Shown piece after piece: positions 1 to 8,864 of a stretch of DNA of 64,000 bases. The notes beneath the pieces are model-generated. The model was given only the letters and a program-made list of their open reading frames with translations, searched no databases and was not told where the DNA came from. Made by a program: the position numbers and the translations under genes. The stretch comes from Leptolyngbyaceae cyanobacterium (GTDB lineage: Bacteria > Cyanobacteriota > Cyanobacteriia > Phormidesmidales > Phormidesmidaceae): positions 184,059-248,058 of the forward strand of contig CBDHHL010000049.1 of NCBI GenBank assembly GCA_965263355.1. The letters run 5' to 3'. Every line of letters begins with the position of its first letter. The stretch's first letter is position 1.

Positions 1-1512
1 AGGGCCCTCAAAGAGGGGGCGAATGACGAACAGGCTCTGCAAAACGCTGTTTTACGATACCTTGAAGATGTCAAAAAGGTGCTCTACGCTCGAATGATTG
101 ATCTTGTGCGTGCGGACAATCACATTGACATTAAGCAAGACACAAACAAGTGGCAGATGCTCGGGGAGTTGGTTCTAGCACAGGGAATTCCCATTGAATC
201 AGGGAAGGTGAAACCTGCTGTGTTAGGTATGTTTAACACGATTCATGAGCGGGGACTGCTGGACTATTACCTGGATGAATATATCAAGCGGGGGGAAATC
301 GAGCCAAGTAAGTTCACCCCTGCCATCAAGACCAAGATGCTGGATCATCTGGTCAAGCTCAATCTGAAGATAAATGACAACCTTAGCGTTGCCCAACAAA
401 CAGCCTATGATGAGTATTTTGCCTTAGCTTACAGTGAGGCGATTGGCAGTGGTTCAGCAACCAACGATCCCATTGACCAGGTTTATACAACTGGCTTTAA
501 GAATAGCTGGGATTTTACCGTTGATGATCTCACGAAGTACGACAAGCAAAATGTTGAACCCGAGAACATTCTGGCTGCCGGAGCCCTGGATTATATTTAC
601 TGTGTGGGTGAGGCAATGCGGGTTTTCGATGCAACCGATGCTCTGGTTTTACGCTGGGCCAGCGGTCTGTTAGATATTCCCGATGGTTCTACAGCCTCGG
701 CCCTTTATCGGTATTACAAACGCCGGGACGATCGCTCCTCAGCCGAAGAGCGGGCCATGCTCTACAAGCGTGTGCTAAACCGAGGCAACGGCCAGCTGCT
801 GACGCGCATGGTCGCCAATACTGGCTTTACCGATTTGTGGAATGAACTTATGCAGGCTGTCATGGCCTACATCCGCAAGTCAGAGCACAAAGTCTATTGG
901 AACTCCTGGCAAGACAACGGTTTGTCCTTGACCCACATCTACCGCGTCACCGAAGACTTGCAATATAATCTCACCCTGCATATGACTGGGATGGCCCATC
1001 TGCAAGTGACGGAAGACTATCACCATCTTAAAGAAGCCCTCGATATTATCAGCAGTCATGATATCCGCAACTACTATGGCGGCAGCAATCGCCAGAGCGT
1101 GTGGAACACCATTGCTCGGATTGTGCAGGAAGAGTTCCACGCTGGTCTCAATACTGAAGTCATCAAAACCATGGCCACTGAAGGCAATAAGGTGTTCCAG
1201 TGGTTGGCCAACTTTAATGAAAACACCGTAACAGCCGCTCAGTTTCAAACCTTTGCCAAAGCTGCCGAAGCCTGGGCGATCGCTCAATCAAGCCTCAGTG
1301 GCGGGCGTGTCGCTTATCACCCCCACTACGAATTACCCGGTGCCTCTCTGCCTGTACCGGCTGGTTACCACTCCAATGGTTATGGCCACCGCCACGGCCA
1401 TGGATATTTGGGTCATAACGCGCTGCCTGGGGCCGACTTTAACGGCAGCCACGGGCTGTCACAGGCGGAGGCTGTTTACGCCGATGCCAGTGATGAGTTT
1501 GACCAATGGTAA
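1..1512 (+). CDS. Conserved hypothetical protein, 5'-truncated by window edge; first gene of uncharacterised cluster
   Basis: Frame is open from base 1 (RALKEGANDEQ...) into the 477-aa ORF. Helical globular core (LYRYYKRRDDRSSAEERAMLYKRVL), His/Gly/Tyr-rich tail ending AVYADASDEFDQW. Confidence 0.85.
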   Translation, partial: RALKEGANDEQALQNAVLRYLEDVKKVLYARMIDLVRADNHIDIKQDTNKWQMLGELVLAQGIPIESGKVKPAVLGMFNTIHERGLLDYYLDEYIKRGEIEPSKFTPAIKTKMLDHLVKLNLKINDNLSVAQQTAYDEYFALAYSEAIGSGSATNDPIDQVYTTGFKNSWDFTVDDLTKYDKQNVEPENILAAGALDYIYCVGEAMRVFDATDALVLRWASGLLDIPDGSTASALYRYYKRRDDRSSAEERAMLYKRVLNRGNGQLLTRMVANTGFTDLWNELMQAVMAYIRKSEHKVYWNSWQDNGLSLTHIYRVTEDLQYNLTLHMTGMAHLQVTEDYHHLKEALDIISSHDIRNYYGGSNRQSVWNTIARIVQEEFHAGLNTEVIKTMATEGNKVFQWLANFNENTVTAAQFQTFAKAAEAWAIAQSSLSGGRVAYHPHYELPGASLPVPAGYHSNGYGHRHGHGYLGHNALPGADFNGSHGLSQAEAVYADASDEFDQW

Positions 1513-1581
1513 GTCCCATCCAAACATGTCTGGGCATCGCATCCGTGGGCATTGCAACCACAGTACTGAATAGGAATTGAG

Positions 1582-2643
1582 ATGATGACCAACAATGGAA
1601 ACTTAATGGAACAGGCTAAGCAATTAGCCCGTGAAGAATTTAGTCGCGATCAAACCTTCCAAAAGCTCGATCGTAGCCAACAGTTTGAACTGTATCGCGA
1701 TCGCGTAAATGACATCCACAACCAGCTTGCCCAACAACAAACTGTGTCGGATGCCATGTCAGCGGACCAACTCGTAAATAAGAAATTTCTCCAAAACCAA
1801 CGGATTGATCAGGAAGGTGAGCAGGCCGGTAGAGTGCTGCGGGACGTAAATTTCCCCAAGTTTGTTAAAGATCTGCTCAAAGGGGTGTTTGACGCCAATT
1901 TGACAGTGATGAAGGAGCAGATGGAATCCTACGTGGATTTGGTCGAGAAAATCACCAAGCCAGCCAGCGAGTTTATTAAGACCATTGACGATGTTGCGGC
2001 CTACACCTTTATGGCGGAAAGCCAGCCCAATCGTTTCCAGTTGTTACCGCCAAAGGCTCCCTCAAACCTGCCGGGGGGAACTCCGCCGGGTGTGGGAAGT
2101 GTTCCTCAGCTATCCACCAGTAGCGGCACGCAATTGGCGGATAAGGACGGTAATCCACTGAGTAAAGACGATATCCGTGGGGAGGTAATGCAGGCCAAAC
2201 TACAGCTTGCCAATCAGCATCAGCAGTTGTTGGAAGAGATGTTGCTGATGGGGGTCACCCGTCTAGTCGTAGACCACGGTAAGGTGAAGGCCAGCGTTGA
2301 TTTCCAAATTAAAGCCCATGAGGCTCTCAATGCAAGCGATAGTGCCTACGAAAACAAGCAACACTCCCAAACAAAAGGCTTTCATCTTGGTTACTCACCC
2401 TTTTTTCGGGGACCCTCTTTTGGTATTAGTCACTCCAAGACCAACACCCAAATCCAGATTTCAACTGCGGGTGCTACTGGTACCGGAACAACGGACGAAA
2501 CGACCAAGGTCCATGGCGAAGTGGAAATCAACTTCAAGTCAGATTACTTCAAGTTGGATAATTTCCGCGATATCTTAGCCCAGACTAAACCCAAAACGGA
2601 CCAGAAAGACAAGACCCAACCGGTTGACCAATCGGAGTCTTAA
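1582..2643 (+). CDS. Hypothetical protein with helical N-half and Ser/Thr/Gly-rich beta-hairpin C-half
   Basis: 353-aa ORF with AGGA RBS upstream. Motifs VNFPKFVKDLLKGVFDA, LLMGVTRLVVDHGKVKASVDF, GEVEINFKSDYF. Confidence 0.85.
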   Translation: MMTNNGNLMEQAKQLAREEFSRDQTFQKLDRSQQFELYRDRVNDIHNQLAQQQTVSDAMSADQLVNKKFLQNQRIDQEGEQAGRVLRDVNFPKFVKDLLKGVFDANLTVMKEQMESYVDLVEKITKPASEFIKTIDDVAAYTFMAESQPNRFQLLPPKAPSNLPGGTPPGVGSVPQLSTSSGTQLADKDGNPLSKDDIRGEVMQAKLQLANQHQQLLEEMLLMGVTRLVVDHGKVKASVDFQIKAHEALNASDSAYENKQHSQTKGFHLGYSPFFRGPSFGISHSKTNTQIQISTAGATGTGTTDETTKVHGEVEINFKSDYFKLDNFRDILAQTKPKTDQKDKTQPVDQSES

Positions 2644-2679
2644 ACGACATTAAGCAACGGTTAGCGGAGAGTAACCCCG

Positions 2680-3015
2680 ATGGCGCTGGCGATTTTGCAC
2701 TACGAAGACAGCAATAGTACCCACTGCCGGTTTCGTATCGACATTGGCACAACAAATCGGTTCTATACCTATGCCATTGGCGATCATCGCATGTTGCAAC
2801 GCCATGGTCTGGTGGTGTTTGCCCAGCCAAAGGTGGTTTCACCTCTGTTGTCACTAGCGGCATACCGCCTGGGGCGGGGCGTTTTGACAATTCCCCACCC
2901 GCAGTTTGATACCCGTCATTGTTATGTGCAACTGATCAGCTATCGAACCGCAGATAAACAGGGGCCAGCCCTGTCCACCATCATTAGGGTCCCGTTGTTC
3001 TCCTCCAGTCGATAA
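2680..3015 (+). CDS. Hypothetical protein, possibly detached N-terminal domain of the next gene
   Basis: 111-aa ORF with GGAG upstream. Same frame as 3115..4824, separated by a single TAA. Confidence 0.65.
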   Translation: MALAILHYEDSNSTHCRFRIDIGTTNRFYTYAIGDHRMLQRHGLVVFAQPKVVSPLLSLAAYRLGRGVLTIPHPQFDTRHCYVQLISYRTADKQGPALSTIIRVPLFSSSR

Positions 3016-3029
3016 CATGCGGGTCTCGG

Positions 3030-3068
3030 TCTGTTATTCCAATCTGTTATCTCAATCTGTTATCTCAA
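3030..3068. repeat. 13-bp tandem repeat x3 (TCTGTTATYYCAA)
   Basis: TCTGTTATTCCAA TCTGTTATCTCAA TCTGTTATCTCAA read directly. Confidence 0.9.
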
Positions 3069-3132
3069 TGGCAACCGCGATCGCAATTGTCATGTCTTTC
3101 TCCCATCTGTAATTTTGTTTATCCGTGAAGCA

Positions 3133-4824
3133 ATGACCATGGATCACCAACCCACTTACACCATGTCTTTTGCCTACGACGAAATCCGCCCTGACACCTA
3201 CAGTCTGGGCCAGGGATTCTTAGGCAAGTTATTCAAAGGGGCTACCAAAGTCATATCCGGGGTTGTCAAAGGCGTATCCCACGCCATCCCTGTGGTCAGC
3301 AAGCTTGCCGGGAAGCTATTACCGGCCCTTATGCCTGCGTTAGAACCCGTTTTGGGTAAAAAAGGGGCCTCCCTGGTGGGGCAACTGGCTGGCATTTTAG
3401 GCGGCAGCGGCGGCAAGATAACGGATGTTCTCAAAGACCCTGCCAAAGTAGCCCAAATCGCTAAGCTTCTAAAGACGACTGGCCTGACGCAAAAACTGGC
3501 TCATGCGAAGGGAGAACCAGTGGAGGCCATGGGGCATTCGTACGGTTTTTCTCAAGGGTATGGGGCCATGGCCCCCACCTATGGGGAATACGGATACCCC
3601 GATGAAGAATACCAACACCCCGAGCGCATCCTAACCCAGCTGCTGGAACATTCGCTGCACCCAGAAACGTTGCAGGGACTGATGGTCGATACCCTACGTC
3701 CTGCCGTTATGCGAGGGATGGTGGTCCATGGCCTTATAGATACCTTTAAGCTAATTCCAGGGTTTCCTGATGCGTTGGAGCGGATGGTAACAGAAGAGTC
3801 ATGGTCCACAGGTCAACCACCCGCGATCGCAGGGCTGGCCTCCCACTCTCCCGAATACCCCTACCATCGGGTGGAAGCCGTCACCCTGCATTTTACGGAT
3901 ATTGAACCGCTGAGCGTAGGCGGGCGATCGCGGGTGCTTTACTACATCGGGGATGACCTGGCGTTTCCCCTGGAACTAGAGACACCTCGCCCCATCCGCC
4001 ACGGGACACTGCAGATTTTGGTCAAGTGTCCCGAGACGCTAAAGGTGATGGTGGAGCAAACGTTTCAGCTCCATCACCTCGTGTCAGGTGAGCTAGATAC
4101 AGTACCTTACCTGAGCCGGTCCCAGCTGCGATCGCTCCAACCCAATGCCGAGTATCTGATCTGTGCCGTTTTGACCTGGACGGCGCGCTCCAGCCAGAGC
4201 GGGCACGAACGACGCTTAGGCACCAGCACCAGTGTGTTAGCGACGCTGATGGGCAACTATATTTTTGACCAGCTAGACGGGGTTACTGAGACCTTTGCCC
4301 TCAACGATCCCCAGACGCATCGCCCCTACTGGCATAAAGTCTGGACGGGCGGGATGGCCACCGATGACCAAACCCTGGCCCTAGATTGCAAATACTATTA
4401 CGTCCTGGAGGCTGAGCCATCTCAGCATGCCCGCATGGAAACCCTTATCCGCATGGATGCCCACGGCGGCGATGCCTCCGGTAAATTAAAAACGGGGTTG
4501 GTATTGAGTCTCACCCAGCTCAATCAGCTAGCGGCCTGGATGTTCGAGCAGCCCCCCCTGGACACTGACGAAATCGTCGCCCTGGCCTGTTGTGAATTTT
4601 GCGATCGCTTTCACCAATTAGCCCGCACCCAGGTGACTTTTACCGGCGACGCTGGCGATCGCGCCACCCTTTGGGTCTATCCCGAATTCGATCAGCAGCG
4701 AGTGGTGCTAAAGCAGGTTAGCGATCGTGATGCCAATGGCCGCGTACAACAACTTGTTGACCACATTATTCAGTTCCCCATACCAACAACCGCTCACTTT
4801 GTAGGCACCACTACCGCCGTCTAA
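3133..4824 (+). CDS. Hypothetical protein with amphipathic Gly/Lys-rich N-terminal helices and beta-rich C-terminal domains
   Basis: ORF 3115..4824; first ATG at 3133. GFLGKLFKGATKVISGVVKGVSHAIPVVSKLAGKLLPALMP amphipathic stretch. Confidence 0.8.
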   Translation: MTMDHQPTYTMSFAYDEIRPDTYSLGQGFLGKLFKGATKVISGVVKGVSHAIPVVSKLAGKLLPALMPALEPVLGKKGASLVGQLAGILGGSGGKITDVLKDPAKVAQIAKLLKTTGLTQKLAHAKGEPVEAMGHSYGFSQGYGAMAPTYGEYGYPDEEYQHPERILTQLLEHSLHPETLQGLMVDTLRPAVMRGMVVHGLIDTFKLIPGFPDALERMVTEESWSTGQPPAIAGLASHSPEYPYHRVEAVTLHFTDIEPLSVGGRSRVLYYIGDDLAFPLELETPRPIRHGTLQILVKCPETLKVMVEQTFQLHHLVSGELDTVPYLSRSQLRSLQPNAEYLICAVLTWTARSSQSGHERRLGTSTSVLATLMGNYIFDQLDGVTETFALNDPQTHRPYWHKVWTGGMATDDQTLALDCKYYYVLEAEPSQHARMETLIRMDAHGGDASGKLKTGLVLSLTQLNQLAAWMFEQPPLDTDEIVALACCEFCDRFHQLARTQVTFTGDAGDRATLWVYPEFDQQRVVLKQVSDRDANGRVQQLVDHIIQFPIPTTAHFVGTTTAV

Positions 4825-4883
4825 GAGAGGCGCACAAAAATCTCTCCCCTTCTCCCCAACCGACTCATCCACGGAGCAAACCC

Positions 4884-5165
4884 ATGTCCTCTCCCTCTCC
4901 CCCACCCTTGCACTCCCCCTTCTCCCAGGTTGTAGAACAACTCACCGGCTGGGAAGCCCCCCTCGAAGATTCAACCTGGGGGCATCGTCTCACCGTGGAC
5001 GCCTTAAAGGTGACTATGCCCATAGAACTGAGCATTGACGTCGACAATACCGGCGCGGTCACAGTCAACGGGTCGGCCCCCACCCAAACGGTCGAAACCA
5101 CAATCATGCCAGTGTTTCATCGTGTGCGGATGCGTTTGACGGTGGACGAGGAAGCGACGCCATGA
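4884..5165 (+). CDS. Small hypothetical beta-rich protein
   Basis: 93 aa, GGAG RBS, ATGA overlap with the next gene (translational coupling). Confidence 0.75.
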   Translation: MSSPSPPPLHSPFSQVVEQLTGWEAPLEDSTWGHRLTVDALKVTMPIELSIDVDNTGAVTVNGSAPTQTVETTIMPVFHRVRMRLTVDEEATP

Positions 5166-5905
5166 ACACCACCAACCAGCCCTGGAACCTCAATTCCTTT
5201 ATCGACGCGCTGATCTACGAACTCGATCGCGCCCACGATACTTTGTCAGTAAAAGGCACCAACCGCAAGCTCACCTATATGGTCAAAGACTTAGATCTGG
5301 ACTTGCAGTTATTTCCCGAATTTGATGGAGATGCGGTTTACTTTACCACCGCTCAACCAGGTGACATCGGAGCCTCTAAAATCAGTGTGAAATTAGGGTC
5401 TATTCGCGACCATCAAATCCAGGAAATTGCCAAAAAACCTGTTAGCCATGCCGACATTGCCCTGGAAGAAACCCAACTACCGCTAGCCACGCGCAAAATC
5501 TTAAAGAAGCTAGGCATTCACTCCGCCGAAGACCTGCGCCACACCATCGAAGATCGCGGTATCGACCTAAACATTGCTACCGACGGCCAGGTCGATTACC
5601 AGCAGCTTACCGACATTCTCCACCAGGCCCACCGCCAGCACTATCCACCGACCGTCGCCAGCGCCAAATTTGACCAGGTCGACGGCCAGCCCGTCCTCAC
5701 CCTACAGGGCAAAAATCTCGCTGTCACCCAATCCACCAATGGCTTTCCCGCCGCCCTGCTCGATGGCCACCCCATCCCGATGTTGACTGCCAGGGAAGAT
5801 GAGATTCAGTTTCAGCTTGACCCGCAACAACTGCACAATCGCCCCGGACAGTTAAAAGTAGCACTGGACCCGTATGCGGTGGTGGCGATGAAATTGGCGG
5901 TTTGA
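5162..5905 (+). CDS. Hypothetical protein: helix+strand N-domain, HhH-like middle, IPT/TIG-like C-terminal domain
   Basis: 247 aa. KILKKLGIHSAEDL resembles a helix-hairpin-helix; PPTVAS...LTLQGKNL...LDGHPIPML resembles an IPT/TIG fold. Confidence 0.7.
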   Translation: MNTTNQPWNLNSFIDALIYELDRAHDTLSVKGTNRKLTYMVKDLDLDLQLFPEFDGDAVYFTTAQPGDIGASKISVKLGSIRDHQIQEIAKKPVSHADIALEETQLPLATRKILKKLGIHSAEDLRHTIEDRGIDLNIATDGQVDYQQLTDILHQAHRQHYPPTVASAKFDQVDGQPVLTLQGKNLAVTQSTNGFPAALLDGHPIPMLTAREDEIQFQLDPQQLHNRPGQLKVALDPYAVVAMKLAV

Positions 5906-5988
5906 TAGAAGTAACGAGTTGCGAGTAACAAGTTGCAAGTAATAACAACTAAGCATCAGCGACTAAGAACCAACAACTAAATAAACGT

Positions 5989-6020
5989 TTTTCACTTTTT
6001 ACTTTTCACTTTTCACTTTC
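5989..6020. repeat. Heptamer short tandem repeat (TTTTCAC)n, STRR-like
   Basis: TTTTCAC TTTTTAC TTTTCAC TTTTCAC TTTC; similar degenerate heptamers at ~10760-10810. Confidence 0.8.
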
Positions 6021-6040
6021 CCCCTCCCTTTTTCTCTCCC

Positions 6041-7255
6041 ATGTCTAATGCGTCTTCCTATTACAATCGTCTCCGATCGCTCGAATCTGAGCTGTTGGAT
6101 CGGGGTGGGGCGGTGTCAGCAGATAGGCCGGTTACACCGCAGCGGAGATTGCTGGATACGGGTGTTGAGACTTCCCACAGGAGCTGGATATCTCCCGGTT
6201 GGCGAAGAGAAGGAGCCCATCGAGAACAGTGGCCATCGCAGCCAAGTGACATATCTAGCGGTAATCGACTGCTAGGGTTGGCACACCATTTGGATCGGGG
6301 GCGTGTCAGCGCCTCAGCTACCCCTGAGAGAGTATCACCTTCGGTCTCCTCAGCTCGGCGTTCTGTCGCTGACAACGGCTTTGCAGCCTATGTCTTTGAT
6401 CAGGGTGAGCACATCCAGGTGGGCTACAGACCAAAGGTGTCTCTCCCAGAAGATGAAGTGGAGGATTGGGCAGATGAAGCGCCCGACTGGACTGATCAGT
6501 GGGATAACCACTGGGACGGTGACTGGGAGGACGATGAGTCAGAATATTGGGAGCCTGACGAGGATCTGACAGAGGATGAACAGTCTGCTTGGGAGGAGGA
6601 AGAGGCTGAGTGGGAGGAGGACCGGCCCCAACCGTTGACCCAGCGACCACAGGCAGCGCCCGGTCACCCGTCGGCTCCTGGGCCTACTTCCAAAACACCG
6701 GTTCAGCGCAATGGGCAGCGCCCGGTCACCCGGACCGTCGTAGTCGATGACGTTCCGGCTAAGTCACCTAGCAAACCACCTGCCCAGCGCCCCGCCACGC
6801 AGACCGTCACGGTCAAACCGATTCCTGTAGATGACGGAGCGGCCCCGACAACAGAGGCCAGTCCGCCACCGCCAGCTGCCCGGAATGGCCATGCCGCCCG
6901 AGCACCCAAAGCCATCCCCCGGACCCGCCCGCCCAAGGCAAAGGGCACCACACCGCCACGCCCGTCGGCTCCGCGGCCCCCGACCCCAAAAGCGAACCCA
7001 GCCCCGTCTCCGGCCAGGGCGAATGGCAATAACCCGCACGCGGCCTTTGGCAAGCTTAGTCAATCGTTAAACCACGCCACTGCCTTCAACCTGGGCACTG
7101 TCCCCGTTGAAATCCCCTTCGATGACTTTGATCATCGCATTACCCAAGAGACCACCGCCCAGGCCCAAGCCCTAGAGCACCGCTTTAAAGAATTCGATCG
7201 CGTACTCACCCGCAAGCCTAAAACCAAACCTTCCGAACGCGCCCCGCCATCCTAA
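6041..7255 (+). CDS. Intrinsically disordered hypothetical protein (Trp/acidic tract, Pro-rich tract, short C-terminal motif)
   Basis: 404 aa. WADEAPDWTDQWDNHWDGDWEDD tract; C-terminal NPHAAFGKLSQSLNHATAFNLGTV...FDDFD...FKEFD. Confidence 0.8.
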   Translation: MSNASSYYNRLRSLESELLDRGGAVSADRPVTPQRRLLDTGVETSHRSWISPGWRREGAHREQWPSQPSDISSGNRLLGLAHHLDRGRVSASATPERVSPSVSSARRSVADNGFAAYVFDQGEHIQVGYRPKVSLPEDEVEDWADEAPDWTDQWDNHWDGDWEDDESEYWEPDEDLTEDEQSAWEEEEAEWEEDRPQPLTQRPQAAPGHPSAPGPTSKTPVQRNGQRPVTRTVVVDDVPAKSPSKPPAQRPATQTVTVKPIPVDDGAAPTTEASPPPPAARNGHAARAPKAIPRTRPPKAKGTTPPRPSAPRPPTPKANPAPSPARANGNNPHAAFGKLSQSLNHATAFNLGTVPVEIPFDDFDHRITQETTAQAQALEHRFKEFDRVLTRKPKTKPSERAPPS

Positions 7256-7312
7256 ATCTTACCTTTTACCTGTTACTCGTCACTTGTTCCTTTCTCTTCC
7301 CCCGAGGTACCC

Positions 7313-8641
7313 ATGACCCAAACTACCTTGCCCAACCGCCTATTTGCCCTCGACCAACATCTCACTCACAAACGCATGCATGCCAATGCGCCGCCTGGTA
7401 CGAGGGTAGCCTACCGATTTGATCAGGGGGCACCCATCCGGGCCATGGGGTATCCCGAATGGGATACCGACTCGGAGTACGCCGAGGCCAACGACTGGGA
7501 CGACGAGGACTTCGAGAATGAAGCCTATGCCGAGGCCAGTGATTGGGATGACGAGGACTTCGACGTCGATGGGGACTATGCCGAGGCGAGTGATTGGGAC
7601 GATGACGACCTCGAGGACGAAGCAGAATACGCCGAAGCCAATGCCTGGGACGACGAGGACTTCGAGAACGACTCGGAGTACGCCGAGGCCAGTGCCTGGG
7701 ACGATGACGACTTCGACGTCGATGGGGACTATGCCGAGGCCAGTGCCTGGGACGACGAGGACCCCGACCACGACGCCTATGCTGAGGCGAGTGATTGGGA
7801 CAATGGCGATTTTGAGGACGCCTCGGAGTATGCCGAGGCTAATGACTATGTGGATGCCTACGATGTCGACGCGGACCACCTAGATGGCTTAGAAGCGGAG
7901 GCCGACGAAGACATCTATGCCGAGGCCAGTGAGTACTCCGACGATGATGAAGCCGCCTATGCCGAGGACTTCGACGTTGAAGACCCCGGTGAGTGGGCGG
8001 AGGACTTTGACGCGGAGGACGACCCCGATGCCTGGGCGGCGGAGTTCGACCCAGCTGATGACTACGCCGATGCCGCTGGGGACCCTGCCACCTATGTCGA
8101 CGCGATTGTAGAAGCCCCGGTGGCCTATGAAGCCGCATCGTTTGAGCTGGGGGACGCACCAGAGGATTGGGCTACTGAGGACCAAACCATTACGGTAGAG
8201 GCGGCGGCTGTAGATTCCACTCCAGCTGACGACGATACCGAGGTGGCCCCGACATCGGCCCTGGCAGCGGAAGTTGCGGCCTTGCGGCACGATGTGCAGG
8301 CCTTAAGTCACACTCCGCAAGTAGCCTCGCCTACGTACCCCGCGACGGCGTTTACTACCGAGTTGCAGGAACTGCGCGACCAGGTGCGGGCGATGCAGGC
8401 CAACAAGCCGCCAACAGCCAATCCGGCAGAGGCAGAGGCCATGGCGGCGCAAGTGCAGGCGTTGAAGCGGGAGCTACAGTCGATGCGGGTACAGCGCTCG
8501 ACGGAAGCGCTCAGCTCCGGTTACTGGACGGCACTGGAACAGGAGCCATTGTTTAAGGCTTTCGACGACCAAATGGCCGCGTCCGTGGCACCCCCCGCGA
8601 CCCCAGAGGACATATCAAAATTATTAGCTGATTCTCCTTAA
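7313..8641 (+). CDS. Highly acidic repeat protein with C-terminal coiled-coil segments
   Basis: 442 aa, GAGG RBS. Nine YAEA[SN] repeats; three heptad helices near the C-terminus. Confidence 0.85.
   Translation: MTQTTLPNRLFALDQHLTHKRMHANAPPGTRVAYRFDQGAPIRAMGYPEWDTDSEYAEANDWDDEDFENEAYAEASDWDDEDFDVDGDYAEASDWDDDDLEDEAEYAEANAWDDEDFENDSEYAEASAWDDDDFDVDGDYAEASAWDDEDPDHDAYAEASDWDNGDFEDASEYAEANDYVDAYDVDADHLDGLEAEADEDIYAEASEYSDDDEAAYAEDFDVEDPGEWAEDFDAEDDPDAWAAEFDPADDYADAAGDPATYVDAIVEAPVAYEAASFELGDAPEDWATEDQTITVEAAAVDSTPADDDTEVAPTSALAAEVAALRHDVQALSHTPQVASPTYPATAFTTELQELRDQVRAMQANKPPTANPAEAEAMAAQVQALKRELQSMRVQRSTEALSSGYWTALEQEPLFKAFDDQMAASVAPPATPEDISKLLADSP
7478..7850 (+). repeat. Coding tandem repeat, 8 units of 48-51 bp (YAEA[SN][DA]WDDEDF...)
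   Basis: Recurrent TAYGCCGAGGCCARYGMYTGGGACGAYGA units; a ninth YAEAS copy at ~7916. Confidence 0.9.
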
Positions 8642-8864
8642 GGGGCACCCCCGCAAATCCAGGATTTCAAGAAAGACGAAGTCCCATTGGTCGTGGCTAT
8701 CCACACACCGTTACCGCCTGCTGAAGGGCGGCTCGCTTACCAGGCAACAAAGTGTAGTCAATAAGTCACACAACCACACCAGCCAAGGCCGCCGCTCCAT
8801 GCCATGTCTTCCCTTGAGTGACTCAAGGTCCACATCGGAACAAGCCACCTTATTCAGAGGAACT

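Noticed and set aside
7478..7850. Regularly spaced repeats as a possible CRISPR array
   Set aside because: Units are in-frame coding repeats with synonymous variation, no unique spacers and no cas genes.
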